64,000 nucleotides of DNA. Source: a virus (taxonomy: Duplodnaviria > Caudoviricetes). Positions 38,375 through 47,736 of the stretch are shown piece after piece. Position numbers and translations under genes: made by a program. Within the stretch, counting starts at the first letter, position 1. Each line of letters starts with the position of its first letter. Under the pieces are notes generated by a model. It saw nothing but the letters and a program-made list of their open reading frames with translations, had not been told where the DNA came from and made no database searches. Where the stretch lies: the IMG/VR virus record IMGVR_UViG_3300036827_000034, positions 35 through 64,034 of that record. One strand, given 5' to 3'.

Positions 38375-38540
38375 ACAGATCGCATAGCATATCCTCTGAA
38401 ATCTGCCCGTTCACCTTCTGGCAACGGCCATAGCCGTCCTCGTCCTCAACTTCGTCGTCAATCTCTGTGAAATACTTGCATACTCCGCAATGCGGCGGCG
38501 CGGTGCGGTAGTTCACTGAGGCTTTCGCGGCTTTAGCCAT
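38340..38540 (-). CDS. HiPIP-like 4-Cys protein
   Basis: K.SVNY...C..C.YF...C..V.G.IS....C..F. Confidence 0.65.
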   Translation of the reverse strand: MAKAAKASVNYRTAPPHCGVCKYFTEIDDEVEDEDGYGRCQKVNGQISEDMLCDLFERGRSGYKGD

Positions 38541-38637
38541 TTCAATCCCCCCGCTCGCAATAGAACACCGCGCAGACGATCAGCAGCCATGCGCCCAACC
38601 CGAGATAGCCGTAAAAGTAAAACGGTAGCTCAAGCAT

Positions 38638-39102
38638 CTATCCGCACCCCGTTTCGACAACCTTCATAACCCGTTCGTTATCCGGTGCAAGGCGTAATAG
38701 CCGTGCCTTCACCTCATTCGCACCGTCACATTCTTTCAGCCGAACCTTCAAAACGAACAGCGCCCCGAGCAATTCGATTGATCTTGGATCGACTAATAGC
38801 GCGCTGCTCATGGAAAATTCCGCAGGCTTGTTGAGTTCTGGAATGGTGTCGGAAAGCTTGGCGAGCAGTTTAGCTTGAGCCGTGCGAAACAGATACGAAT
38901 ACGGCCAGAACCTTCCGGCATTTCCAGCCTCGTCAATCGACTGTTGTATCGACTTGGTTTCCATGCTGGTCGCGTATGCAAGTTCCGCCCTGCTCCATCG
39001 CGTCACGCCAATCAGGCAAACTCCGAGCAATGCGACCCGCCACAAGAGCCGCCATGCCCGCCGTCGCGGGGAGGTGTTCTGGAAAAGCGAATAGGCTTTC
39101 AA
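38638..39102 (-). CDS. TM + TPR-like protein in +1 frame overlapping ligase 2 (start uncertain)
   Basis: LLWRVALLGVCLIG...AELAYA...ALLVDPRS.EL...RLAP; paralogue of 5512-5922. Confidence 0.65.
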   Translation of the reverse strand: MKAYSLFQNTSPRRRAWRLLWRVALLGVCLIGVTRWSRAELAYATSMETKSIQQSIDEAGNAGRFWPYSYLFRTAQAKLLAKLSDTIPELNKPAEFSMSSALLVDPRSIELLGALFVLKVRLKECDGANEVKARLLRLAPDNERVMKVVETGCG

Positions 39103-40105
39103 TCAAGAACCCCGTCAGCACGAGCCGTTCGACCGTCAGCGGGCCATAGAGCAGAATCCAGAAGAATGCCCCGAGTAATATAACGCCGATCGGCCCAAGC
39201 TCGAAAGCCGTCTTGAGGATGAGGTTGTGCGGATCGTCGTGGCGGGTCAGCAATCCTGACAGATGATGGGCGTATTCCGGGAATAGCCCGAAGAACGATC
39301 CATAGCCGTGCCCGAGCCATGTCACCGCTCGAGCCGTATCAATCCACAGCCAAATGCGATCATCTACAGTTCCCGGACGGGCATAGATCGCCACCGCCAA
39401 TAGCCCGATACCTACCGCACCGCACCACAGCGTTAACCTTCGATGCGCCGGCCAAAGGCAAATCAGGGTGCAAACCGCTAGGGCGAGGACCGGCCCGCGG
39501 GCTGAGACTATCGCAGGGACAACGATACAGGGCGAAATCCAGACCAGAAGCGCCCAAGTCCAAGGCTGAGCCGGTTTCCGCACCAGCGCGAGGATGGTGG
39601 GCAAAGCGCACAGCACCGCAGGCTCGGCCAGGAACAGTGGATTGACGAACAGTCCCCCGCCCCATTGCTGGCTGAAACGATGTTGCGCATCCGAGCCGAT
39701 CAAATTGATGTCCCATATCCCGCCCGTCGCGATGCTGGCGTTGATGTCGTAAATGCAAATGATGCTGGACGGGATCAGACCGAGCGCGGCGCCGATATAG
39801 AACAGCCGCAAGTCCTTGATCTGCCCGCCGACCATGAAGATGCCAGCGGTAATCGCCAGCGGCAGTAGCGAACCAACGCTATCGTACCAAGTGGGCGACC
39901 ATGCGAGCGAAACCGCGGCGTAAACCACAAACAGCCAGCCGACGATATGCGCGAATGTGACCCTGATCGGGCCAAGGAAGAACAGCGAACCAAGCGCCAG
40001 CGCGAGAACAGTCCATCGCCCGACCTGTGCCGCTCCCGCTATCTCACCGCCAATCCATGAGGGGAAATAGGCTGCTGTGAGGGCGAAGCCGAATAGACCG
40101 AGCAT
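38933..40105 (-). CDS. O-antigen ligase / O-oligosaccharyltransferase family membrane protein (copy 2)
   Basis: GLFVNP, SARG, DRIWLW, LGHGYGSF, DPHNLIL..AFELG.IG, FP.H.PATA. Confidence 0.88.
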   Translation of the reverse strand: MLGLFGFALTAAYFPSWIGGEIAGAAQVGRWTVLALALGSLFFLGPIRVTFAHIVGWLFVVYAAVSLAWSPTWYDSVGSLLPLAITAGIFMVGGQIKDLRLFYIGAALGLIPSSIICIYDINASIATGGIWDINLIGSDAQHRFSQQWGGGLFVNPLFLAEPAVLCALPTILALVRKPAQPWTWALLVWISPCIVVPAIVSARGPVLALAVCTLICLWPAHRRLTLWCGAVGIGLLAVAIYARPGTVDDRIWLWIDTARAVTWLGHGYGSFFGLFPEYAHHLSGLLTRHDDPHNLILKTAFELGPIGVILLGAFFWILLYGPLTVERLVLTGFLIESLFAFPEHLPATAGMAALVAGRIARSLPDWRDAMEQGGTCIRDQHGNQVDTTVD

Positions 40106-40253
40106 TCATAAACCGTGGCCCAGAACAAATCCAAACCCAACCCCCATCAGCCAGAATAGCATTAACAGATAGAATGTCTTTCCCGGCGCCCTGCCTAATG
40201 GCGTGCTGCGTTGTGGCTCGTTCTCATGGATGCGGCAATAGTCGGTCATATGA

Positions 40254-40547
40254 TTAAACCTGTAACGGCAAACGCTGTTTGAATCCTGAATTGATGAAAG
40301 CGCGAACATGAATATAGCGAGCATCGCCGCGTTTTCGCAGGAGTTCGCAAAACTCCTCAATCATTCTATCGCCCTTGTGAGTATTGCATGGCGCACAAAC
40401 GATGACGCGATTAGTGCGGGACAGCACGAAGCCTTTACTGCGTGGTCGCAGATGGTCGCGGGAGGGCTGGTGCATCGGCAGGCCGCAATATGGACAAGGC
40501 TCGCCCTTCCAATTCTGGAGGGGAATAGTGCGCCAATCCCAAGCCAT
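40254..40547 (-). CDS. HNH endonuclease
   Basis: CPYCG...RDHLRPRSKG...N..IVC..CN..KG. Confidence 0.85.
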   Translation of the reverse strand: MAWDWRTIPLQNWKGEPCPYCGLPMHQPSRDHLRPRSKGFVLSRTNRVIVCAPCNTHKGDRMIEEFCELLRKRGDARYIHVRAFINSGFKQRLPLQV

Positions 40548-40777
40548 CACTTGCCATCCGGTATGACGCAGCGAACCAATAGCTGCTGAACTTCCTTCTG
40601 CGCTGCGAAGATCATCGACATTTGCGCCTGCCGTGTCTCGTCGGCCTTGGTATAGACCTTCCACATCAGCGCCATGAGACAGATGTTCATCACGACCAGC
40701 GCCAGACTAAGCGGCTGGCCCTTCATCGCATCGAAGAAACCGCCGACTGCTTTGCCGCCTTCTTCTGAAACGCCCAT
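40547..40777 (-). CDS. Small membrane protein (holin-like)
   Basis: K.QPLSLALVVMN TM, polar tail. Confidence 0.6.
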   Translation of the reverse strand: MGVSEEGGKAVGGFFDAMKGQPLSLALVVMNICLMALMWKVYTKADETRQAQMSMIFAAQKEVQQLLVRCVIPDGK

Positions 40778-40935
40778 GTCAGATTTCCTTTTGGCTCTTG
40801 CGTGCCCTTTTAGGATACCAATACATCGGCGTCCCGCAGACCCGGTTCGCTAAAATGCTGACACATGCCTCAAACCAGCCATAGCCTTCGAGGCGATGCA
40901 GCCGATATGAAATCCAAATAGCTTTGAGTTTCATG

Positions 40936-41208
40936 CTATTTCGCATTCACCGCATCGTCAGTATGGCACATGCCGTCAGCGCGGATGGCAAACCGATGAA
41001 TGTCGTCAAGCGTGCAGGGCAACGGCGGCGCGATAATGATGACAGGCAGAGATTTTGTCACGTCAAATGACGGGTGGTCCGTTGTCTTTGGCGGCACCGC
41101 AAGCGTTACCCCGCCATCGTCAAAAACCTTGGGCTGCGTTCCCTTTCCCCACAGGAACCAAGCGAAGATCAGGAGTGCCGCGGCGCAAGCCAATGCAATG
41201 AGTTTCAT
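40936..41208 (-). CDS. Small membrane-anchored protein
   Basis: N-terminal TM; GGAGG RBS. Confidence 0.55.
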   Translation of the reverse strand: MKLIALACAAALLIFAWFLWGKGTQPKVFDDGGVTLAVPPKTTDHPSFDVTKSLPVIIIAPPLPCTLDDIHRFAIRADGMCHTDDAVNAK

Positions 41209-42265
41209 GGAGCATCCTCCCTACTGCCTCAGCTATTTCATCCGCAGTATTATCGTGAATCTCAAGCCCGCGCGCCGCAAGTTGCGTCGTAGTCCACAAC
41301 CTCAGATATGACGGGTCGTCTGCCGACACAGGCGCACCCTTGCGGGTAATCAGCTTCGGCACCGTGATAGCCGGATACGGATATGGCAGGCCAGAAGGCG
41401 CGTAATTCGCGATGATAAGCGGCTTGCCGAATGTGCCGGCGACCACGCCCGGACCAGAGTTCGAGCCAACGAAGAACCTACACTGTGAAATCAGGAATAT
41501 ATCCTGCCAGTTCGATGCGCCGCGCTTGTCGATGACGTTCTTCAAGCCGAAGTCCGCGCCCTTCATCCCCATCAGCACCACACGCCCGCCAGCCGCGTTA
41601 ATCAGATCAACCGCCTTCTGATAGCTCTGAGGGTTGCGGATATTCCGCACCGAATCATATTGCGGCTCGCCGTGGCGAAGGTGGAACGTCACGAACCAGC
41701 CATTATGGGGCGACCAACCATGATGGCGGAGAGTGGACCAATTATATCCACTTTCGACAAGCTCGGGCGGAAATTCGATAACAGGAGGACGCGAACCCCA
41801 TAATTGGTTCATCCGCGTCAATGCCTTGTGAATCTCGACATATTCGCCATCCAACTCAACCAGCATCGGCCAATCTTCGTATAGCTCGATGTCGATCGGC
41901 GGCTTCTCAATGACAAACCGGAAATGCTTGCGCCACAGGCTCAGATAGAACCGATTGGCGATATAGGCCGGATCAACAATCACGGTATATTCGGCGTGAT
42001 GCAGGCCGAACAATTTGCGTTTGATGAAGAAATCCAGAAACGCATTGTGCCCGATGCCATTCGTCCAATCATAGCTGCGGAGATAGCGGATCGGGCTTTT
42101 CCGCTGCAACCGCATCATCTTTTCCCATGTCACCACAGCCAGATCGGATTGGCCCTGCTCGTTTGCGATATGGCCGCGATGACGAAGGGAACGGATGCGG
42201 CGAAGGATCAGCGTCTTGCGAAGGCCGAGCGCGCGAACACGGCGGATACGCTGCGATAGATTCAT
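41120..42265 (-). CDS. TIGR04372-like glycosyltransferase
   Basis: IGH, FVTFHLR, RN....Y..A, GG.VV.MG, DIFL...CRFFVGSNSG...FGKP...N. Confidence 0.75.
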   Translation of the reverse strand: MNLSQRIRRVRALGLRKTLILRRIRSLRHRGHIANEQGQSDLAVVTWEKMMRLQRKSPIRYLRSYDWTNGIGHNAFLDFFIKRKLFGLHHAEYTVIVDPAYIANRFYLSLWRKHFRFVIEKPPIDIELYEDWPMLVELDGEYVEIHKALTRMNQLWGSRPPVIEFPPELVESGYNWSTLRHHGWSPHNGWFVTFHLRHGEPQYDSVRNIRNPQSYQKAVDLINAAGGRVVLMGMKGADFGLKNVIDKRGASNWQDIFLISQCRFFVGSNSGPGVVAGTFGKPLIIANYAPSGLPYPYPAITVPKLITRKGAPVSADDPSYLRLWTTTQLAARGLEIHDNTADEIAEAVGRMLHETHCIGLRRGTPDLRLVPVGKGNAAQGF

Positions 42266-42389
42266 TACCGTCTGACCCTGCCGCAATCGGCACACATCCA
42301 ATAGGTGGACTTACGGTCAGTATCAATGCGGCCACCGCAACATTGCAGCCAGCATTTCAGTCCCCACCAATTGCGCCAATAGCGAAGCG

Positions 42390-44048
42390 TCATTTCAGAA
42401 CCGCCTCGTAATACGCGCTGATGTTCACCGCCACGCCAATATCGGGAATGTCTTGATTGCCGTCGATGATGGTTTTGGCATCGGTCGAGACAACGCGGAA
42501 ACCAGACTGATCGAGCAGCGCGCAGAACTCCTTGCGGCTCCAAGCGTTCTGATGGTTGAAGGCATAGAAATCATTATCAGGCCCAATCTCACACAAAGCT
42601 TGAACAATTTGATGCGGCGATCTGTTTTCAAGCAACCAATGCAACCCAACTCTCAAATCAGTATCAATTGGCCCGTGATAAGCCGTCGCCTCGTCGCGGC
42701 GAATGTTATCCCCGAAATGATCGCCCCACGCTTGGTTCATCCAGCCGCAGAAGATGAATGAGGCGCGCGTTTTGATGTTGTCGGGGATGCCCTTGCGCGG
42801 CCATGTGTAGGCGATGCTTTCAATGCCCCAAATCTTGAAGAACTCGGCATCATTCGCTCGCCAACGCTCAATCACTTTCTCGAAGTCGGGGAATACGATA
42901 ATCATTTTGCCGTTCTTGGACAGCACGCGCCGTGCCTCGGCCAATGACCGCGCCACCGTCGCATCATCCAGATGCTCAAAGCAGTGCGAGCTATAGATTT
43001 TCTGGATCGAACCAGTGCGAGCGGGGAATGTGCATGTCGGTGTTAGGCGAAACGAGAATGGCTGCTTCGGCCCGGTTTCAACCTCAAGATTGATCCAGCT
43101 AGGAGGGGCAAAGTTCAGCCCGCCACCGATATTGAGGAATGCCGCGTAGTTCGGCACCATCTTGAATATGCCCTGCTCGACCGGATCAGGACGCGGATAG
43201 ATCATGTCCTTGATGGTTTGTTTGAGCGATAGCGGGATGAACTTTTTCCAGCCTTCCACGATCAGCTTGCGCGGCGGCTTCGGCTTGTAATGGCTGGCGC
43301 GAACTTCGGCCTCGATCTCGGGCGCGTAGTCCCGTGGTATCCGAGCGTTCTGGCCGGCGTAGATGTATTCGGTTTTGTTCTCAGCCGCGGGAATGGTTTG
43401 CACCTCGATCGCAAGCCGCGGTTGCTTGCCTGATCTGCCGCGATGCGTCAGCACACCATTATCGAACAGTACGCAAGCCGGATAGCTGGTTTTGAGCGTG
43501 TGCTTGGTGCCGTGCCGATCGTATAGCTCGAGCGTGCCGTTCTCATCGTTCATCGGTAGCAGATACAGCATGAACTTGTTGGCGAATGACGACATGCCGT
43601 CGCAATGCCATTCGGTTGGGCCGAAGTCGGTTTCCTCAGCAGGCAGCGTTTTCCATGCGCGGACATTGACGATCTTCCAGCGGTGCCCAAGCTCGCGCTC
43701 CACCGGCAACGCAATGCTGGTCATGTATTCGGTGAAGGCGCTCGCTGCGGGGGCTGGAGCAAAGCCGTAATAGATATGCTTGGCGTTGAGTTTGGCGACT
43801 GTGGCTTCGTCCAAGTTCGATGAAATGTAGTTCGGCAGACAATCGTCGCCGCTGAATGGGCGGCTGATGGAATCAGCGAGCAAGCCTTGCATTTGCTCCG
43901 CTGCCTGCTCCGGGATGCGGAATATCTTATAGCCGGTTTCGCCAAACTCCGACCGCACGTTAGATTGTAGCCGCGCGCCAAAGTGCCCTAGCGCCTGCGT
44001 GACGATGAAGATGTCATCGTGAGAAAGGATTTGCCCGGTCATTTCCAT
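42390..44048 (-). CDS. 2OG-Fe(II) oxygenase fused to class I SAM methyltransferase
   Basis: WHCDG...MLYL...NG...LFD...THRG...R; LNIGGG...WIN...YSSHCFEHL...EARRVL..NG...I..PD. Confidence 0.75.
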   Translation of the reverse strand: MEMTGQILSHDDIFIVTQALGHFGARLQSNVRSEFGETGYKIFRIPEQAAEQMQGLLADSISRPFSGDDCLPNYISSNLDEATVAKLNAKHIYYGFAPAPAASAFTEYMTSIALPVERELGHRWKIVNVRAWKTLPAEETDFGPTEWHCDGMSSFANKFMLYLLPMNDENGTLELYDRHGTKHTLKTSYPACVLFDNGVLTHRGRSGKQPRLAIEVQTIPAAENKTEYIYAGQNARIPRDYAPEIEAEVRASHYKPKPPRKLIVEGWKKFIPLSLKQTIKDMIYPRPDPVEQGIFKMVPNYAAFLNIGGGLNFAPPSWINLEVETGPKQPFSFRLTPTCTFPARTGSIQKIYSSHCFEHLDDATVARSLAEARRVLSKNGKMIIVFPDFEKVIERWRANDAEFFKIWGIESIAYTWPRKGIPDNIKTRASFIFCGWMNQAWGDHFGDNIRRDEATAYHGPIDTDLRVGLHWLLENRSPHQIVQALCEIGPDNDFYAFNHQNAWSRKEFCALLDQSGFRVVSTDAKTIIDGNQDIPDIGVAVNISAYYEAVLK

Positions 44049-44952
44049 CTATCCCGGCGATTCCGCCAACGTGTGAACAGGATTGCGAACACGGTCAGCA
44101 GCACAAGCGCCGCAATCATCCGCAGGCTGAATTGAAGCCGCGCGGTCAGCAAGTCATCCGAGAAAGAACCGGATTGAAACAGACCGATCATTTCCTCACC
44201 GATCCTCTAAGCCGCTGGCAGACATACCAACCGCCACGCAGGATTATCAACAATGTCAGCCAGATCAGCCCGCAACCAATGATGACGATGGTGGCGAGGG
44301 CTTTCACCAAACCAACCTGATAATGAACGCCGCGCCCGCGATCTGCCAACTCAACCACGCCATGTGCCAGCACCAATGCCCGAACGGTGAATAGCTCGGG
44401 AGCGTGTTTGTCATATTGGCGACGACGAGGACTGGATTGTAAGATGCGGGCAGGCGCAAGCCGTGGATCGTGGCGGCAATGGCGCCCATGACGAACCAAG
44501 CCCCAGCGGAACACAACGCCAATTGAGCGACGATCATCGCTTCACCTTGCATGGAAACTGCGCGCAGTATTTCGGCTTATCCTTCGGCCAAGCGTGATGC
44601 TGCTTCGGGGTCCACCATATCTTCGGTGTCTCGGCTCGAGCATTGATCGACGCCGCGGCCAGCGCACAGCCAACCGCAAGCCCGATGCCAAACCCCTGCC
44701 AGCGCGCGATGCGCTTCTGTCCCTGCATATATTCGCGGGATACGTACATGCGGCCTTCGGTGTAGCGGATGTCGGTCATGGCTTCACCTGTACCGGCTCG
44801 CAGACATAATCCAATCGCGTACCGATATGATCCGGCAATAGCTTAATGTATCGCTCGCAAGCTTCCCGCGTTGTGAATAGATTGGTGGAAGGCTGGATCG
44901 AATAGCCAATTTGGCCGATCCACATATGCGTGACGGCGACCCAGACGATCAT
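44039..44952 (-). CDS. Cluster of about five short, mostly membrane or secreted ORFs (44039-44191, 44188-44307, 44304-44537, 44534-44779, 44776-44952)
   Basis: Chained stop/start overlaps, hydrophobic helices. Confidence 0.5.
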
Positions 44953-44986
44953 TTCCTTGCCTCCGCTTTGCGGCGATAGTACGCGC

Positions 44987-45394
44987 TCATTCCCAAGCCT
45001 TTATTGCATCTAGTTTCATATCTTTTTCTATTTCCGAACACATCGTTAGAACATCATCAATGTTATCGCGCTCAACTGATTGTTTTGTGGAGTCCATCAA
45101 AAGCTCCCACATTTCGTATCTCACATCTTCGATTAGCTGACCGATTTCATCGTAAGTTCGGGCTGGGCGGCGCGGCCTGAATTTATTGAATATGGGTTTT
45201 TCATCATTGATAGCGAAGGCTTCCGCTCGCAAGGCCGCTTCACGATCATCAAATGCCTGAACCTCAACTCGAGCAATTTGATAGAACCATTCTGCGTCAT
45301 GATGCTGAGATAATCTTGCTATAGCCGACAATGAAATGCCGACATATAGAAGCTCATCCTTATTGTTGAAATGACGGTAAAGTTGGCAACTCAT
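44987..45394 (-). CDS. GIY-YIG-like nuclease
   Basis: LYRHF...LLYVGIS....RL.QH...W...AE..AI..EKP.FN. Confidence 0.8.
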   Translation of the reverse strand: MSCQLYRHFNNKDELLYVGISLSAIARLSQHHDAEWFYQIARVEVQAFDDREAALRAEAFAINDEKPIFNKFRPRRPARTYDEIGQLIEDVRYEMWELLMDSTKQSVERDNIDDVLTMCSEIEKDMKLDAIKAWE

Positions 45395-45579
45395 TTCGCG
45401 CCTCGTTTCTGGCGCCACCGCTTTTGGGCTTTGGCCTTGGCGGCTCGTCGCGCGGCACAGACCGCACATTCGCTGGCTGGCTTCATCGCGTGATCGCAGA
45501 GCGCCAGAACATCCGCATTGCGGGTCTGCCGTTTCATACGCTCGGCAATGGTTCGGATTGATGTAGTGTCTACAGCCAT
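45391..45579 (-). CDS. Small C..C protein
   Basis: ECAVCAARR, basic tail; ATGA overlap. Confidence 0.55.
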   Translation of the reverse strand: MAVDTTSIRTIAERMKRQTRNADVLALCDHAMKPASECAVCAARRAAKAKAQKRWRQKRGAK

Positions 45580-45618
45580 GGCGCGTAGATACTACTGCGT
45601 ACGGCGTAGTGTCTACAG

Positions 45619-46320
45619 TTATTTATCGTCGTCAACAGGCGGCAGAACCTTCGCCTCGACCACCTTCGCCCGCCCTGCAGCGTCGATTTCATCAAGCAAT
45701 ACGCCGATTAGCGTGTGCCGGTGATCGTGCTTGTGGTCGTGTTTCTCAACGAAAACGCCCTTGAACTTGCCCCAAAGGTCAATTGCGCCCTGTTTATCAG
45801 CCAATTTGAACTTGACCCGGCGAACCTTCCGCTTGTCCGAGCGCCCATCCACGAACTCCTCGACCGTGAGTTCCTGCAATGCGCCAGCCTGACGCCGTGT
45901 CAGTTGCGACCAGTTCAGAACTGGTTGACCGTGCTCACCAATTTCAAAGTAATCCTGCATGTTGGAGGTCGCCATAACGGCAAGTTCCTCCATTGCTTGG
46001 TCAGCGCCAAAGTCCAGTTTTGCTATGATTTTGGCCCGTCTTTCGGCTATTTGGGCCGCGATGACAGGGTGTGACAGCAGAACAGTGCCGCCTTGTCGAG
46101 CCGTTTTCGCTGAATAGCCAGCGGCAATCGCTGCCTGAGTAGCATTGTTGAGTTTGAGGTAATGCCTTAGAAACAAAGCCTGTTTTGGATTAAGGCCGTG
46201 GGCATCTTTTGTGAGCGATGGTGGTTTTATCTTCTTTGGTTTGGGCTGTTGTTCTGCCGGTGCTGATCTGGCGAAGCGGCGAAGGCGTAATTGCTTCGGG
46301 GGATCAATTGGTTCGGACAT
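45619..46320 (-). CDS. terS: Terminase small subunit
   Basis: LNPKQ..F...YL...NATQAAI.AGYS..TA...G..LL..P.I; KL.DK..A. Confidence 0.92.
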   Translation of the reverse strand: MSEPIDPPKQLRLRRFARSAPAEQQPKPKKIKPPSLTKDAHGLNPKQALFLRHYLKLNNATQAAIAAGYSAKTARQGGTVLLSHPVIAAQIAERRAKIIAKLDFGADQAMEELAVMATSNMQDYFEIGEHGQPVLNWSQLTRRQAGALQELTVEEFVDGRSDKRKVRRVKFKLADKQGAIDLWGKFKGVFVEKHDHKHDHRHTLIGVLLDEIDAAGRAKVVEAKVLPPVDDDK

Positions 46321-46503
46321 ATGTGGCCCTTATTCGGTGAGAGGGACGAGCTTATATGCCGCAGATGGCGCACGGCGCTTCGAGAAGATCGTTCATTTTG
46401 GCGATCCTTACTATTCGCGCCGGGGAATTGTGGAACCCCGGCCTTCCACTCCGATCACAACTCTGTCGGAAGCACAGCCTATCTCCCTTGCAGGAGGTTC
46501 ATT

Positions 46504-46623
46504 TTACCGGCCTGGTGGCGCGAGCTTGTACGCAGCTTTGTAACTGTTGTCAGGCTGGCGCTCGTAAAGTTCGCCAGTTTTCAGATCGACGATCCATCGT
46601 GGCAGGTAGTCATCGGTCGGCAT
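46504..46623 (-). CDS. 39-aa hypothetical protein
   Basis: MPTDDYLPRWIVDLKTGELYE... Confidence 0.45.
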   Translation of the reverse strand: MPTDDYLPRWIVDLKTGELYERQPDNSYKAAYKLAPPGR

Positions 46624-46631
46624 GTGCGGAA

Positions 46632-46832
46632 TCAATCTTCTAGTCGATGAATTGCTGTCGTGGCTATTGCCTGAATAAGCGCAAGCCGGTCTAGCGCGTA
46701 GGTGGCCGATCCGTTCTGACCATCATGGGCGGCCTCTTGGATCTTGCGGAACATCTGTATGAAGTCTGTCCTGTTTCGACGCGCCCGCTGGGCATCGCGT
46801 CTTGCGTTAGTCATTATTTCATATTCGCTCAT
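46632..46832 (-). CDS. Hypothetical protein (array)
   Basis: MSEYEIM... Confidence 0.5.
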   Translation of the reverse strand: MSEYEIMTNARRDAQRARRNRTDFIQMFRKIQEAAHDGQNGSATYALDRLALIQAIATTAIHRLED

Positions 46833-46935
46833 CGGGTGGCTGCATTTCGGACAGAGCCGCACGAATGCCGGGCTGTCATTCCGTAACAGATCAAAGGCGC
46901 ATTATCCCACGACATCGGCCCGCTCCACTCTTAGG

Positions 46936-47115
46936 TTAGGTCGCTATTGAAACTACAATGTTGCCGGTGCTGTCAGGAGTGTGATCCCACTGTTGTCCGT
47001 TCGGACGATATAGTCGTCCGTATTGGTCTAGGAACACTCCCGGAACCCGCTCATCCATCGGGCCAATGTCATCACCGCGACGATTGCGGTAGCACATGCC
47101 GTGTTCTAGTTGCAT
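46936..47115 (-). CDS. Hypothetical protein (array)
   Basis: L..G..YR.RRG...GPM. Confidence 0.6.
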   Translation of the reverse strand: MQLEHGMCYRNRRGDDIGPMDERVPGVFLDQYGRLYRPNGQQWDHTPDSTGNIVVSIAT

Positions 47116-47261
47116 ATCCATCCGGACCCTCCGCAAGTGAAACATTGGTGAACATCGCAGTAGTACGGATCGTTGCGTTGCGGATGAGGGACCTCAACCG
47201 ATCCTTCGCCGCCGCACTCTGGACAGGTACCCCAATCCTCAAGTTCATTTTGCTCGCACAC
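47106..47261 (-). CDS. DnaJ-type Zn-finger microprotein (array)
   Basis: CPECGGEG and CFTCGGSG; AAGGAG RBS + GTG; not in ORF track. Confidence 0.7.
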   Translation of the reverse strand: MCEQNELEDWGTCPECGGEGSVEVPHPQRNDPYYCDVHQCFTCGGSGWICN

Positions 47262-47273
47262 GGCCCGCGCTCC

Positions 47274-47372
47274 TTACTTTGATAACAGCGCGACTATAAA
47301 CGCGCCAAACATCCCTCCAAAGAGGGCACCCGTCGCGACGCCCTCCCAATATCCTTTTGCCCATTCCGACAT
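47274..47372 (-). CDS. 32-aa TM peptide (array)
   Basis: MSEWAKGYWEGVATGALFGGMFGAFIVALLSK. Confidence 0.55.
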   Translation of the reverse strand: MSEWAKGYWEGVATGALFGGMFGAFIVALLSK

Positions 47373-47384
47373 GATGTCCCGGCT

Positions 47385-47546
47385 CTATTGCTTGAGTGCA
47401 GCAATCGCGATACGTCTGACGCGCAAATCTTTATTACGCCGCTCTGCTCGGCCACGAAGGATAGGGGTGAGCGGCAAATCCGCGATCTTCTGCAGAGCTT
47501 TTCTTAGCCGCGCTATCCTGAGTGCTTGCTCTACGTTCGACGACAT
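47385..47546 (-). CDS. Hypothetical protein (array)
   Basis: ATG just after junction motif. Confidence 0.6.
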   Translation of the reverse strand: MSSNVEQALRIARLRKALQKIADLPLTPILRGRAERRNKDLRVRRIAIAALKQ

Positions 47547-47568
47547 CTTTGGCGGCCTTTCTTTTACA

Positions 47569-47733
47569 AAGTGGCTCCGGCTAACAAGGACGCTTACGGC
47601 GACCCGTTTATCTCTTGTCGTACCCCGGAGCAGCACGACCGTAGCTCTCCTTAAATAGGACCGGGATACGGAGTGCGATACCCGGAACTTCCTAGACCTT
47701 CAGCGCCGTTGTTCGGCTCCAGCCTAGGTATTC
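47569..47733 (-). ncRNA. Putative structured non-coding unit within the array
   Basis: Bounded by two junction motifs, no convincing ORF; stems CCUAGGC/GUCUAGG, CCGGG/CCCGG, GCUCCGG/CCGGAGC. Confidence 0.45.
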
Positions 47734-47736
47734 GGC

